A stretch of DNA of 64,000 nt from Acutalibacteraceae bacterium (GTDB lineage: Bacteria > Bacillota > Clostridia > Oscillospirales > Acutalibacteraceae), in the NCBI GenBank assembly GCA_045577695.1, contig JAZNIW010000002.1:205-64204 (forward strand), written 5' to 3'. A program made the translations under genes and the position numbers. Shown in pieces: positions 18,079-27,637 of this stretch (its first letter is position 1; every line of letters begins with the position of its first letter). The notes beneath the pieces are model-generated. The model was not told the DNA's origin. It saw only the letters and a list, made by a program, of their open reading frames with translations, and searched no databases.

Positions 18079-19293
18079 ATGAACTATCAAAAACCCAACC
18101 TCTTTTTCTATCGGTTGACCCAATTTCTTGCTTTTTTATTGTCGAAACTCGTATTTCGTTGCCGTTTTTTGCGCAACGAAATACGGGGGAAAAAAGGTGG
18201 ATTTGTGGTCATCGCCAACCACCAAGCCGCCCTGGATTTCGTTAATCTCATCGGTGCTACCAACCGTCGTATGACCTTTGTCATCAGTCAGTCTTTTTAC
18301 AGCACCCTGCCCATTCAAGGCATTTTGAATAAAGTCGGTGTGATTCCAAAACAACAATTCCAAACCTCGATAAAAGATCTCAAACAAATGAAGGCGGTCG
18401 TTGATGCCGAACAACCTCTTGTTTTATATCCGGCCGGTTTGATGTGCGCAGACGGTTGTTCCACCCCCATTCCCACCGCTACCTACAAATTTTTAAAATG
18501 GTTGAAAACCGATGTCTATGTGGCGCGTACAACCGGTGCCTATTTTGTCACACCGAAATGGGGAAAAGGAGTGCGCATCGGGCGCACCACTGTGGATATT
18601 TATCGTCTTTTCTCCAAAGAGGAATTGGCCGCCGCCACAGAAGAACAAGTCAAAAATAAAGCCGAGCAAGCCCTACTGTTCGACGCCTACCACGAGCAAG
18701 AAATCAACCAAGTACCCTACCATAAGGGGGATTGTATTGCCGGGTTGGAGAATGTTTTATATCAATGTCCTCACTGCCAAAAAGAGTTTTCAATACAACA
18801 CAAAAACCGCAACATACTGTTTTGCAGTCACTGCAGTTATGCCGTATCTTCCGACCGTTTCGGTTTTTTACACCGCATCTCACCCCACGGGGAGGAATTT
18901 CGCTACGTATCCGACTGGAGCCGTTGGATTTGCGCCTCATTGACCGAACAGATTAACGCCGAAACCACTCCCTTCCTTTCCTGTGAAACCGCCATTCATA
19001 TTATAGACCCAAAACGACACCGCTTTTCTAAAGCAGGGCAGGGCAACCTCATCCTCAAGCGGGAGGGTTTTACTCTGAAAGGGGAAATTCAAGACCAACC
19101 CATTGATCTGTTTGTTTCCATTCATAACATCCCCTCTCTCCCCTTTTCTCCGGGTCAATATTTAGAACTGCAACACGGCAATGAGATTTACCGTTGTGTT
19201 CTTACCAACGGTAAAATGGTGATGAAAATGATTCATTTGTTAAAAATCTTTTCCATTGCAAAAAACAAAACCGATGCTTTTATATCCCGCTAA
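18079..19293 (+). CDS. lysophospholipid (PlsC-family) acyltransferase with a C-terminal Cys4 zinc-ribbon-containing domain
   Basis: HX4D motif ANHQAALD and a PAG motif (LYPAGLM). The C-terminal half contains CPHCQ...18 aa...CSHC. ATG at 18079 follows AAGAAGGGGG. Confidence 0.7.
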   Translation: MNYQKPNLFFYRLTQFLAFLLSKLVFRCRFLRNEIRGKKGGFVVIANHQAALDFVNLIGATNRRMTFVISQSFYSTLPIQGILNKVGVIPKQQFQTSIKDLKQMKAVVDAEQPLVLYPAGLMCADGCSTPIPTATYKFLKWLKTDVYVARTTGAYFVTPKWGKGVRIGRTTVDIYRLFSKEELAAATEEQVKNKAEQALLFDAYHEQEINQVPYHKGDCIAGLENVLYQCPHCQKEFSIQHKNRNILFCSHCSYAVSSDRFGFLHRISPHGEEFRYVSDWSRWICASLTEQINAETTPFLSCETAIHIIDPKRHRFSKAGQGNLILKREGFTLKGEIQDQPIDLFVSIHNIPSLPFSPGQYLELQHGNEIYRCVLTNGKMVMKMIHLLKIFSIAKNKTDAFISR

Positions 19294-19324
19294 GGGGAAA
19301 TTTTCATTTAAATGGTTACATAAC

Positions 19325-19363
19325 AAAAGCAGGCTATCGCCTTTCGCGATAGCCTGCTTTTTA
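19325..19363. terminator. bidirectional terminator between the convergent acyltransferase and msmX genes
   Basis: 16-bp stem AAAAGCAGGCTATCGC / GCGATAGCCTGCTTTT with a 5-nt loop. Confidence 0.85.
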
Positions 19364-19371
19364 ATATCCAA

Positions 19372-20514
19372 TTAGTTGCAGATGGTAAGTTCGGTATCTT
19401 TATCAAACAAATGGATCTTCTTCGGATCGATTGTGATTTTGATTTTATCACCGGGACGAGCAGTAGACGAGGGGTCAACACGTGCGTTGATGGGATGACC
19501 TTCGCAATTCATATACAAATAGGTTTCTGCACCCATCAATTCGGTTACTTCTACGTCGGCCTCTACGATGCCTTCGGGAATTGTTTCAAGGAAATTGGCT
19601 TCGTTGTGAACGTGCTCCGGACGAATACCGATAATAACCTCTTTATCCTCATAAGGAACCAAGACATCTTTGGTGTTCTTTTCAGCCGGCAACTTAATTT
19701 TATATTTCACGCCGGCGCGCGTTTTGGTATCTTCCGAACCGAATTCTACAAACCAATCTTCGCCATCTTTGAGGACTTTACCGTCGATAAAGTTCATTTG
19801 CGGCGAGCCGATAAATCCGGCTACGAACATATTGCAAGGACGGTCATACAACACCTGCGGAGCATCGCATTGTTGAATCAAGCCATCTTTCATAACCACG
19901 ATACGGGTACCCATGGTCATAGCTTCGGTCTGGTCATGAGTAACGTAAATAAAGGTGGTACCCAACTTTTGGTGAAGCTTGGTGATTTCGGTACGCATTT
20001 GGGCACGAAGCTTGGCATCCAAGTTGGAGAGCGGTTCGTCCAGAAGGAATACCTTAGGCTCACGAACGATGGCACGACCGAGAGCTACACGCTGACGTTG
20101 ACCACCGGACAAAGCCTTGGGTTTACGCTCAAGCAAATGCTCGATATCCAAAATGCGGGCGGCTTCTTCCACGCGGCGTTTGATTTCTTCTTTCGAAGTT
20201 TTGCGCAATTTCAAACCAAAAGCCATATTATCGTAAACCGTCATATGCGGATACAAAGCGTAGTTTTGGAACACCATAGCGATATCACGGTCTTTCGGAG
20301 CAACATCGTTTACCAGGCGGTCACCAATGTAAAGTTCACCACTGCTGATTTCTTCCAAACCGGCAACCATACGAAGAGTAGTGGATTTACCGCAACCGGA
20401 AGGACCAACCAAGATGATGAATTCTTTATCTTTGATTTCGAGATTGAAGTCTGAAACCGCAATAACCCCGCCGGGGTATTTTTTATAAATGTTTTTAAGG
20501 GAAAGATTTGCCAT
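19372..20514 (-). CDS. msmX: sugar ABC importer ATPase (MsmX/UgpC/MalK type), stand-alone
   Basis: Walker [11 protein letters not shown], signature [14 protein letters not shown], Walker [13 protein letters not shown], and a C-terminal MalK-like regulatory domain. Confidence 0.9.
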   Translation of the reverse strand: MANLSLKNIYKKYPGGVIAVSDFNLEIKDKEFIILVGPSGCGKSTTLRMVAGLEEISSGELYIGDRLVNDVAPKDRDIAMVFQNYALYPHMTVYDNMAFGLKLRKTSKEEIKRRVEEAARILDIEHLLERKPKALSGGQRQRVALGRAIVREPKVFLLDEPLSNLDAKLRAQMRTEITKLHQKLGTTFIYVTHDQTEAMTMGTRIVVMKDGLIQQCDAPQVLYDRPCNMFVAGFIGSPQMNFIDGKVLKDGEDWFVEFGSEDTKTRAGVKYKIKLPAEKNTKDVLVPYEDKEVIIGIRPEHVHNEANFLETIPEGIVEADVEVTELMGAETYLYMNCEGHPINARVDPSSTARPGDKIKITIDPKKIHLFDKDTELTICN

Positions 20515-20534
20515 TCAAGGTACCTCCTAGATAT

Positions 20535-20556
20535 TTGACAAGGTACTCCTTGTCAA
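20535..20556 (-). promoter_or_regulatory. perfect palindrome in the msmX leader (operator or 5' mRNA hairpin)
   Basis: TTGACAAGG-TACT-CCTTGTCAA lies between an extended -10 (TGGTATAAT, forward 20569-20577) and the AGGAGG ribosome-binding site. Confidence 0.6.
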
Positions 20557-20684
20557 GATTACTTTATTATTATACCAACCGTAAAGAAGGATTACTATAC
20601 TTTTATTATCCAAACATTTTCGTTTTCCTTTGTGTATGTTGCATAACAATTATGAACAAAAAACAAAATTGCACAAAAGATTTT

Positions 20685-21407
20685 TTATTTTGTCCTTTTT
20701 TTTGCACAATGTATGCATTCTTTTTCCCTGCTTGTCAAGGGTCGCATCTGCCCCGCCGGTAGGTCATCCGGTAAGACAAGACCCCCAAACGAAACGCGTT
20801 TCAGGCGCGTAACCCCCAAACCAAAAAGGCCGAACATTCTTTTAATTTGGTGGTATTTTCCCTCGGTTATCGTGACCAAGGCTTGTCGATGGTCAGATCC
20901 AACTCGCAATTTGGCAGAAGAAAGCTTGGTGCCATCCGCCAAGATAACCCCCTTTGCAAAGGCTTCAACTGCCGCGGCAGGAATCTCACCATCCAACTCC
21001 ACCTCATACCCTTTGGGGATTTTTTGTTGCGGGGAAAGCAGCGTGTGTCCAAAAGCTCCGTCGTTAGTGAGAAGCAATAAACCGGTGGTATCTTTATCCA
21101 ACCGTCCCACCGGATAAAGGCCTTTTCGCCGATATTCTTCGGGCACCAAATCCAGCACCGTTTTTTGCCGTTTATCGGTGGTGGCCGTTAAAACACCGGC
21201 CGGTTTATGAAGCAGATAGTAAACATATTGTTGGTAACAAATCGCTTGTCCCTCCAAACAGACGGTATCCCCTTGCGGGTCGGTTGGAAAAGCGATATCC
21301 CGTACCGTCGTCCCATTCACTGTCACCTTTGATTTTAAGATCAACCGCCGTGCCACCGCCCGCGATACACCACCACCGACAGCGACGATTTTATCCAGTC
21401 GTTCCAT
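20685..21407 (-). CDS. pseudouridine synthase, RsuA/RluB family, with an S4 domain
   Basis: N-terminal S4-like segment (RLDKIVA...) and the catalytic motif GRLDKDTTGLLLLTNDG. Confidence 0.85.
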   Translation of the reverse strand: MERLDKIVAVGGGVSRAVARRLILKSKVTVNGTTVRDIAFPTDPQGDTVCLEGQAICYQQYVYYLLHKPAGVLTATTDKRQKTVLDLVPEEYRRKGLYPVGRLDKDTTGLLLLTNDGAFGHTLLSPQQKIPKGYEVELDGEIPAAAVEAFAKGVILADGTKLSSAKLRVGSDHRQALVTITEGKYHQIKRMFGLFGLGVTRLKRVSFGGLVLPDDLPAGQMRPLTSREKECIHCAKKRTK

Positions 21408-21885
21408 TTTTGTTCTCCTTTGCGTTTGTGAAGGTCGGCAAGGGTTTCATAAAACCATCGTCGGCCGATAACGCCGTGATATCTCCCCCGATAATTTTCC
21501 CTTGGTAAACCAATAGATGCGCACAAACATCCGTACGCGCGGGATAAACCAATTGGTAGGTATATAAGGTAACCTCTTTACCGGAAAAGGGCACTAAATC
21601 GTACCCTGCTTTTTGTTGCAATTGTTGATAGGTTTCATACACGGCTGAAAACCGATGCGGAATTTCCACCGTTTGTTTGGTTTCGGGTTGAGTGGCATCC
21701 ACCGTATAGCCGGCTTGTTCCAAGAAAAGATAACGCTCTTGCTCGGTGGTGGCCGACGCCAAAGCGTCGTATTTTTTGCCCACTTGTCCCACTTGAAAAC
21801 AAACCACAATCAATATAACAATCCCGGACAGCAACATTAAAAGGCCGGTGGCCACCTGTTTTTTATTGACAACAAACCCTATCAT
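21391..21885 (-). CDS. DUF4830 family membrane-anchored protein
   Basis: An N-terminal TM segment followed by EQERYLFLEQAGYTVD...EIPHRFSAVYETYQQLQ. ATG at 21885 lies 8 nt after AAGGGG. Confidence 0.6.
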   Translation of the reverse strand: MIGFVVNKKQVATGLLMLLSGIVILIVVCFQVGQVGKKYDALASATTEQERYLFLEQAGYTVDATQPETKQTVEIPHRFSAVYETYQQLQQKAGYDLVPFSGKEVTLYTYQLVYPARTDVCAHLLVYQGKIIGGDITALSADDGFMKPLPTFTNAKENKNGTTG

Positions 21886-21933
21886 ACAAAACACCCCTTG
21901 CTAACAAAATATGCGGCAAGGGGGTGCTTTATG

Positions 21934-22404
21934 CTAAGAATCCAGCAAACAAATGGCCTGTGCGGCAATGCCTTCTTCGGCGCCGGTAAATCCAAGGCCT
22001 TCCTCGGTGGTGGCCTTGACACTAACGGACGATGGCGCGATTTGTAAATCTTCGGCAATATTCTCTCGCATAGCGGAAACATAGGGTCTTAACTTGGGCC
22101 GCTCGGCCAAGATGGTTGCATCCACATTGATGATTCGATACCCCTCTCGGCGCACCAGCTCGGCCACGCGGCGCAGCAAGGCACGGCTGTCAGCGCCGGC
22201 ATAGGCCGCATCTTCGGGCGGGAAATGAAGTCCAATATCTCCCAAGGCGGATGCTCCCAACAAGGCGTCCGAAATGGCGTGCAACAGTACATCGGCATCC
22301 GAATGACCAAGCAGACCCTTTGCGTGTGGAATTTCCACTCCACCAAGGATGCATTTTCTACCCGCCACTAAGCGATGTACATCATACCCCTGTCCGATTC
22401 TCAT
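21934..22404 (-). CDS. ispF: 2-C-methyl-D-erythritol 2,4-cyclodiphosphate synthase
   Basis: [12 protein letters not shown]...[11 protein letters not shown]. Its ATG overlaps the ispD stop (TAATG). Confidence 0.93.
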   Translation of the reverse strand: MRIGQGYDVHRLVAGRKCILGGVEIPHAKGLLGHSDADVLLHAISDALLGASALGDIGLHFPPEDAAYAGADSRALLRRVAELVRREGYRIINVDATILAERPKLRPYVSAMRENIAEDLQIAPSSVSVKATTEEGLGFTGAEEGIAAQAICLLDS

Positions 22405-23198
22405 TATTTCATTCCTTCCCCACCGGTTAAATAGGCTATTGCCACCCATTGATCTTCCGGCGTTGTAATTTTTATATTGCGATAATCTCCCTCAACCGTG
22501 TAAACCGCCGCTCCAATCGTTTCGACCACGGCAGCATCGTCGGTAAAGACGGATAGATTCTCTCCCGCTTGTTGCATAGCAGTTTGCAATAAGGTGGTTT
22601 TAAATCCTTGCGGTGTTTGAATGTTCACCAAACATTCCCGCGGCAAAGTTTCCTCTATCCGACCGAGTGGGCCAATTTTTTTTACGGTATCCTTAACCAA
22701 TACAGCCGGAACAGCCGCACCAAATTGTTCAGCACCTTGTATAACACGGTCGATAACGGAAGACGAAACCAAAGGGCGCGCCGCATCGTGTACCAAGACC
22801 AAATCGGGAACCTCGCCGACCGAAAAGGTCTCCAAACCACACCGCACCGATTCTTCGCGGCAGTTGCCGCCGGTAACAATATCGGTCACCTTGGTTTGGT
22901 CTGCTTGGGAGACCATACGCTCGACATCGGCGATCCACTCGTCGCGGGTAACCACCACCACGCGCACCACCCTAGGATGAAGCTGAAAGGCCGCAATGGA
23001 GCGCAACAAAACAGGTTGGCCGCAGAGAGGTAAAAATATTTTATTCTGTCCCCTCATACGAGTGGCCGTACCCGCCGCAACAATCACCACGCCGACCGTT
23101 GGTTGCGCGGTAACGGGCCGTATGGTCGTTTTAATTTCTGTATAGGTCAAAGAAATCTCTTTTGTTGTAGGCATATTTTTCACCGCATTTTTTGCCAT
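22404..23198 (-). CDS. ispD: 2-C-methyl-D-erythritol 4-phosphate cytidylyltransferase
   Basis: [15 protein letters not shown]-loop-like motif. The start is uncertain (ATG 23198 or 23174) and there is no clear SD. Confidence 0.85.
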   Translation of the reverse strand: MAKNAVKNMPTTKEISLTYTEIKTTIRPVTAQPTVGVVIVAAGTATRMRGQNKIFLPLCGQPVLLRSIAAFQLHPRVVRVVVVTRDEWIADVERMVSQADQTKVTDIVTGGNCREESVRCGLETFSVGEVPDLVLVHDAARPLVSSSVIDRVIQGAEQFGAAVPAVLVKDTVKKIGPLGRIEETLPRECLVNIQTPQGFKTTLLQTAMQQAGENLSVFTDDAAVVETIGAAVYTVEGDYRNIKITTPEDQWVAIAYLTGGEGMK

Positions 23199-23204
23199 AT
23201 TCCA

Positions 23205-23232
23205 AAAAAGGGCACCCAACGGTGCCCTTTTC
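23205..23232 (-). terminator. intrinsic terminator after the CD1247-like gene, abutting the ispD start
   Basis: On the minus strand: GGGCACC-gttg-GGTGCCC followed by TTTTTT. Confidence 0.7.
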
Positions 23233-23246
23233 CTTTTTGGTTTTTC

Positions 23247-23669
23247 TTACTCTTTGTCGCCGCAATCTTCGTTTTCGCAATCGCAACAATCACAATCGCA
23301 ATCGAAATCAAACTCCAGATTGGTGCCACAATTCGGGCAAGCAATTTCGCCTTCGGCCAACATATCTTCATCCAAATACACAACATCATGACAAGCGGGG
23401 CACTCAACTTCGTACACTTCGTCGTCGTAATCCTCTTCTTCGTCTTCCTCGTCGTAAATGAAGTCTTCCAGATTGGAAAGGTCTTCGTCCACTGCATCGA
23501 TCTGTTCGCAGAGTTCGGCGCAACCGTCTTCCAAATCCTCTACCGTTAAGGCAACATCTTCCAACAGGTCAATGATGGCCTTGAGCACCTTGCTGTTTTT
23601 ATCATTTTCATCCAAGGACAACCCTTCGGCCAACCCTTTGATATAGGCAACTTTTTCACAAATGGTCAT
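23247..23669 (-). CDS. efp-linked acidic zinc-ribbon protein (CD1247 N-terminal domain-like)
   Basis: ATG at 23669 lies 8 nt after AAGGAG. The N-terminus EKVAYIKGLAEGL is followed by a D/E-rich stretch, then CPACH...CPNCG and the tail DFDCDCDCCDCENEDCGDKE. Confidence 0.6.
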   Translation of the reverse strand: MTICEKVAYIKGLAEGLSLDENDKNSKVLKAIIDLLEDVALTVEDLEDGCAELCEQIDAVDEDLSNLEDFIYDEEDEEEDYDDEVYEVECPACHDVVYLDEDMLAEGEIACPNCGTNLEFDFDCDCDCCDCENEDCGDKE

Positions 23670-23728
23670 AATGAGCACTCCTTTTTAATGGAACATATTT
23701 TGTTGTCTTTTGTTTTTGGATACGCAGT

Positions 23729-24286
23729 TTAGGCGCGTTCCATATACTCACCGGTACGGGTGTCAATGCGAATCATATCGCCTTCGTTGATGAAAAGCGG
23801 TACGCGAATTTCAGCACCGGTTTCCAATGTAGCCGGTTTGGTAGCATTGGTTGCAGTATCCCCTTTAAAGCCGGGGTCGGTTTGGGTTATCTGCAATTCC
23901 ACAAAGGTAGGCGGTTCAATACCGAATACATTGCCCTTGTAGGAAAGAATTTTACAAACCATATTCTCTTTTACAAATTTAAAATTGTCGCCCAAATCGG
24001 AAGCGTTTACGGGAATCAGTTCGTAACTTTCGGGGTCCATAAAATAATACAAATCCCCATCGTTATAAGAATATTCCATCTCTTTGCGCTCCACATAAGC
24101 GGTCGGATATTTATCGTTCGGGTTGAAGGTTTTTTCAATCACCGAACCTGCGATAACATTGCGAATTTTAGCACGAACAAAGGCGGCGCCTTTTCCCGGC
24201 TTAACGTGTTGGAATTCAATGATTTGATAAACATTGCCCTCCATTTCAAATGTAACGCCATTTCTAAAATCGCCGGCACTTACCAT
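23729..24286 (-). CDS. efp: elongation factor P
   Basis: [19 protein letters not shown], 185 aa. Confidence 0.97.
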   Translation of the reverse strand: MVSAGDFRNGVTFEMEGNVYQIIEFQHVKPGKGAAFVRAKIRNVIAGSVIEKTFNPNDKYPTAYVERKEMEYSYNDGDLYYFMDPESYELIPVNASDLGDNFKFVKENMVCKILSYKGNVFGIEPPTFVELQITQTDPGFKGDTATNATKPATLETGAEIRVPLFINEGDMIRIDTRTGEYMERA

Positions 24287-24413
24287 ACGTTTTTACCTCC
24301 AAAAATTGTTTCTCAAAACCATACTCTTATATTTACAAAAGCAGGTCGCCGGAATCGAACCGAAACCGCCGCCATTTTCTTGTTTTGGCGTGGGCACATA
24401 GAACATATCCAGC

Positions 24414-25475
24414 TTATAAAATTATAAGACTTTTTACAGCTTTTGTCAAGTTATTGCAACCATTTTTTGTAACAACTACCATATCTTCTATACGAACCCC
24501 AAAGCGTTGGGGTAAATAGATGCCGGGCTCGATTGTAATGACTTGGCCGGTTTGCAAAGGAGAAGTGTTGCGACAGGAAAGATTGGGTGTTTCGTGGATT
24601 TCCAACCCCACCCCGTGACCGGTGCTGTGACAAAATTCCTTACCGTATCCCGCTTGTTCTATCACATCGCGGGCGGCTTTGTCCACGGCGGCCGCCGTAA
24701 TCCCCTCTGCTACGGCTTCGAGTGCGGCCTGATTGGCCGCAAGCACGGTATCATACACCCGTTGTTGCAGGGGGCTAACTTTACCGATTGCAATGGTACG
24801 TGTCATATCGCTATGATATCCATCGAACACCGCGCCAAAATCCATCGTAATAAAATCGCCTTTTTTCACCTTGCGGTCGGTTGGTTCTCCATGCGGCAGA
24901 GAGGAATTCTCTCCCGCTACGGCAATCGTGTTAAAAGAGGGCTCACTGCTGCCAAGCCTCTTCATACGGTATTCCAGTTCGGCTGCAATCTCTCGCTCAC
25001 TGACGCCCACGGTAATCCATCCCAGCACCTCATCCAACGCCCGTTCAGCGATGCGTTGTGCTTGTTGAATAGCGGCAATTTCACCCTCGTTTTTGGATTG
25101 CCGAAGGTTTCTTAAGCACTCGGATAATGCAGCTGACGGCAAAATCTCTACCCCAAATAAATCCGAAAAGCGGCTAACCTGTTCCACGGTATTTTCTACC
25201 TCTACCAACAGGCGTTTTACCCGATTTGACAGTATCTCTTTTCCATCGGCCGCAAGATCTTGAAAAAGGCGCACCTCGATTTCGGGCAAGACCGATTTCT
25301 CAGCCGCCTCTGCATAGCGACCATCCACCAATAAAACTGTTTTTTCTTGGGTGACAAACAGATAGCCAAGTGAAGAAGAAAAGCCGCTGATATACTTCCG
25401 AGAAATGGGTTGATACAGCAACACCGCCGTATCGTCGGCCGTCAAAGCGGTGATGGTTTTCAGCCTATCTTTCAT
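24414..25475 (-). CDS. M24 family Xaa-Pro aminopeptidase/dipeptidase
   Basis: DFGAVFDGYHSDMTRT and HSTGHGVGLEIHE metal-ligand motifs. Confidence 0.9.
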   Translation of the reverse strand: MKDRLKTITALTADDTAVLLYQPISRKYISGFSSSLGYLFVTQEKTVLLVDGRYAEAAEKSVLPEIEVRLFQDLAADGKEILSNRVKRLLVEVENTVEQVSRFSDLFGVEILPSAALSECLRNLRQSKNEGEIAAIQQAQRIAERALDEVLGWITVGVSEREIAAELEYRMKRLGSSEPSFNTIAVAGENSSLPHGEPTDRKVKKGDFITMDFGAVFDGYHSDMTRTIAIGKVSPLQQRVYDTVLAANQAALEAVAEGITAAAVDKAARDVIEQAGYGKEFCHSTGHGVGLEIHETPNLSCRNTSPLQTGQVITIEPGIYLPQRFGVRIEDMVVVTKNGCNNLTKAVKSLIIL

Positions 25476-25478
25476 AAG

Positions 25479-25910
25479 CTATTTCCCGCTGCAAAGTGCC
25501 TCAACCGCCAGGCGATAACTCTGGGCGCCGAAACCGGCAATCACCCCTTGGCAAACAGCCGAAATCACCGAATGATGACGAAATTCTTCGCGGGCATGCA
25601 CATTCGACAGATGCACTTCAACCACCGGCTTATGAACGGCCGCGATGGCATCTCGCAAGGCATAACTATAGTGAGTATAGGCGCCGGCATTTAAAATACA
25701 CCCGTCAAAATCCTCCAAAAGCAAACGGTGAATGGCACAAACCAATTCCCCTTCTTGGTTGGATTGAAAAAACTCACAGGTTGCACCGTATTTTCGTGCG
25801 GTCTCTGCCACAAAAGCATTGACATCCTCTAACGTTTGCGTTCCGTAAATCGCAGGCTCACGCAAACCCAACAAATTCAAGTTTGGCCCATTGACAACAA
25901 GAATTTTCAT
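25479..25910 (-). CDS. aroQ: type II 3-dehydroquinate dehydratase
   Basis: [23 protein letters not shown]...HLSNVHARE. Confidence 0.93.
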   Translation of the reverse strand: MKILVVNGPNLNLLGLREPAIYGTQTLEDVNAFVAETARKYGATCEFFQSNQEGELVCAIHRLLLEDFDGCILNAGAYTHYSYALRDAIAAVHKPVVEVHLSNVHAREEFRHHSVISAVCQGVIAGFGAQSYRLAVEALCSGK

Positions 25911-25934
25911 ATCAAACACACTCCTTTTGAAACA

Positions 25935-26789
25935 TTAAGAGAAAAACTGTTCATAACAGTCTCGCATTGTTTTGGCATCTTCCGCCTGTGTGCCGGCCGA
26001 TTCGCAAATAAAGGTGGGCGCTAAATTACGCTTGTAAATTTCTTCCATCAATGGCTCAAAGTTAGGGCCAAAGACGGTATCCGAAAAGGTCAAATGTCTT
26101 TTCTCCCCACCGGTGGTATATTCGATTTTAGAAAAATGAGAATGAAACTCCTTTTGGCGACTTTCCCCCAAACGATGGCCAATGGCATCCAAAATAGCCC
26201 CATAGGCTTCTTGAGAATTGACCTGCCCTAAGGTTCGGGCGTTTAGGTGCCCAAAATCGATACAAGGTAACAACCGCTCATCCAACGAGCAAAGGGCCAG
26301 CACTTCCTCCAACGTGCCGAGTTGATTCATTTTTCCCATCGTTTCGGGGCAAATGCGGATATGGGATAATCCGGCTTCATCCAAAGCAGCCAGCGCTTTT
26401 TTCATCGTGTCTATCGCTAAGTACAGTGCCTCTTCCCGCGTGATTTTACCGCAAGAGCCGGTATGCACGACAATACGGTTGCCCCCCATCGCGTTAACGG
26501 CGTTGGCGCTCTCTAAAATATAGCGAATGGAGTTTTGTCGCTTTTCCGGTTCAACCGAGGACATCGAAATATAATAAGGCGCATGCAACGAAAGAACAAT
26601 ATCCTTCTCCCGCGCCCGCCGACCGAGTTCCTCTGCCTTTTCCTGCCCAATATTCACGCCTCGTCCACACTGATATTCAAAAGCGTTTAGCCCCATTTTT
26701 TCTAAATATTCCGGCACTTGTAAGGAAGTTTTATATCCCATCCGAATAAAGCTTTCGGAATTGCCGGCCGGCCCGAACTTGGCAAACAT
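25935..26789 (-). CDS. xylose-isomerase-like TIM-barrel protein (endonuclease IV-like)
   Basis: LHAPYYI, VVHTGS, CPETMGK and IDFGH resemble the AP endonuclease family 2 metal-site pattern. Confidence 0.55.
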   Translation of the reverse strand: MFAKFGPAGNSESFIRMGYKTSLQVPEYLEKMGLNAFEYQCGRGVNIGQEKAEELGRRAREKDIVLSLHAPYYISMSSVEPEKRQNSIRYILESANAVNAMGGNRIVVHTGSCGKITREEALYLAIDTMKKALAALDEAGLSHIRICPETMGKMNQLGTLEEVLALCSLDERLLPCIDFGHLNARTLGQVNSQEAYGAILDAIGHRLGESRQKEFHSHFSKIEYTTGGEKRHLTFSDTVFGPNFEPLMEEIYKRNLAPTFICESAGTQAEDAKTMRDCYEQFFS

Positions 26790-26808
26790 AACGGTCTTCT
26801 CCTTCCTA

Positions 26809-27306
26809 TTAAAAATTACATTTCATTCCATAACGGCGTAACAGAAGCCGTTCGAACGAACGTTTGATGCGAAAGCCGATAGAAGTTTCCAATTCGGCGG
26901 GGCAAACCAAAATGGTTTTGCAAAACGCCAAATGCCCCCCTAACATATCGGTGAAGAGTTGGTCCCCCACGATGGCGGTGTTTTTGACCTTTCCCCCCAC
27001 CCGTTGAATGGCGCGAAAATAGCCAAAGGGCAAGGGTTTGAGGCCCGGCGCAATAAATGGCAACCCCAATTTTGCGGCAATACCCCGCATTCGATTTGGT
27101 TTGGAATTAGAAAGAATAACCAAATGTATACCGGCCCTTTTCATATCTTCCAACCAAGCGGGCACCTGTTCCAGAATGACCTCTCCTTTTCGCACACAAA
27201 GGGTGTTGTCAACATCCAAAATCAAGGTGTCAACCTGCATTTCTTGCAACTGCGCAACCGTAAGTTCGGTGATGCGATTGATTTGTAATTGGGGTTTTAT
27301 CAACAT
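26809..27306 (-). CDS. YqeG-family HAD-IIIA phosphatase
   Basis: LILDVDNTL, ILSNS and IVGDQLFTDMLGG. Confidence 0.8.
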   Translation of the reverse strand: MLIKPQLQINRITELTVAQLQEMQVDTLILDVDNTLCVRKGEVILEQVPAWLEDMKRAGIHLVILSNSKPNRMRGIAAKLGLPFIAPGLKPLPFGYFRAIQRVGGKVKNTAIVGDQLFTDMLGGHLAFCKTILVCPAELETSIGFRIKRSFERLLLRRYGMKCNF

Positions 27307-27322
27307 TTAAAAACCTTCTTTT

Positions 27323-27358
27323 TAAAAAATAAAACGGCTGGATATACCAAGCCGTTTT
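27323..27358 (-). terminator. intrinsic terminator after rpsU
   Basis: AAAACGGCT-10-nt loop-AGCCGTTTT followed by ATTTTTT on the minus strand. Confidence 0.8.
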
Positions 27359-27373
27359 AAATGCCTAGATGAA

Positions 27374-27550
27374 TTAGCGGAATTTACGCTTACGTGCGGC
27401 TTCCGATTTCTTTTTACGCTTTACCGAGGGTTTCTCGTAATGCTCTCTCTTGCGCACTTCTTGAATGACGCCATCCTTCTGCGTCTGTCTTTTAAAGCGA
27501 CGGAGCGCATTATCGAGCGATTCATTCTCTTTGATTTTAACCTGACTCAT
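27374..27550 (-). CDS. rpsU: 30S ribosomal protein S21
   Basis: Below the track cut-off. It translates [58 protein letters not shown] (58 aa). GGGAGGGA lies upstream. Confidence 0.93.
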   Translation of the reverse strand: MSQVKIKENESLDNALRRFKRQTQKDGVIQEVRKREHYEKPSVKRKKKSEAARKRKFR

Positions 27551-27604
27551 CTATATTCCCTCCCTTTGCAAAAAATGCAGGGGTAATTAATACCTTAGAA
27601 ATGC

Positions 27605-27634
27605 ATTATACTACATTTTCCCTTATTTTGTCAA
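27605..27634 (-). promoter_or_regulatory. sigma-A promoter of rpsU
   Basis: Minus strand: TTGACA (27634-27629), 18-nt spacer, TATAAT (27610-27605). Confidence 0.7.
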
Positions 27635-27637
27635 GCA

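Noticed and set aside
19411-20454. 347-aa ORF on the plus strand, antisense to the msmX ATPase gene.
   Set aside because: It is a shadow ORF fully inside a strongly conserved ABC ATPase gene. It has no SD, a low-information composition and no recognisable motifs.
24340-24400. tRNA-like T-arm sequence on the minus strand (CGGTTCGATTCCGGCGACC) in the pepP-efp spacer.
   Set aside because: I could not fold an acceptor stem, D-arm or anticodon arm from the flanking sequence. It is most likely a chance match or a weak terminator stem.
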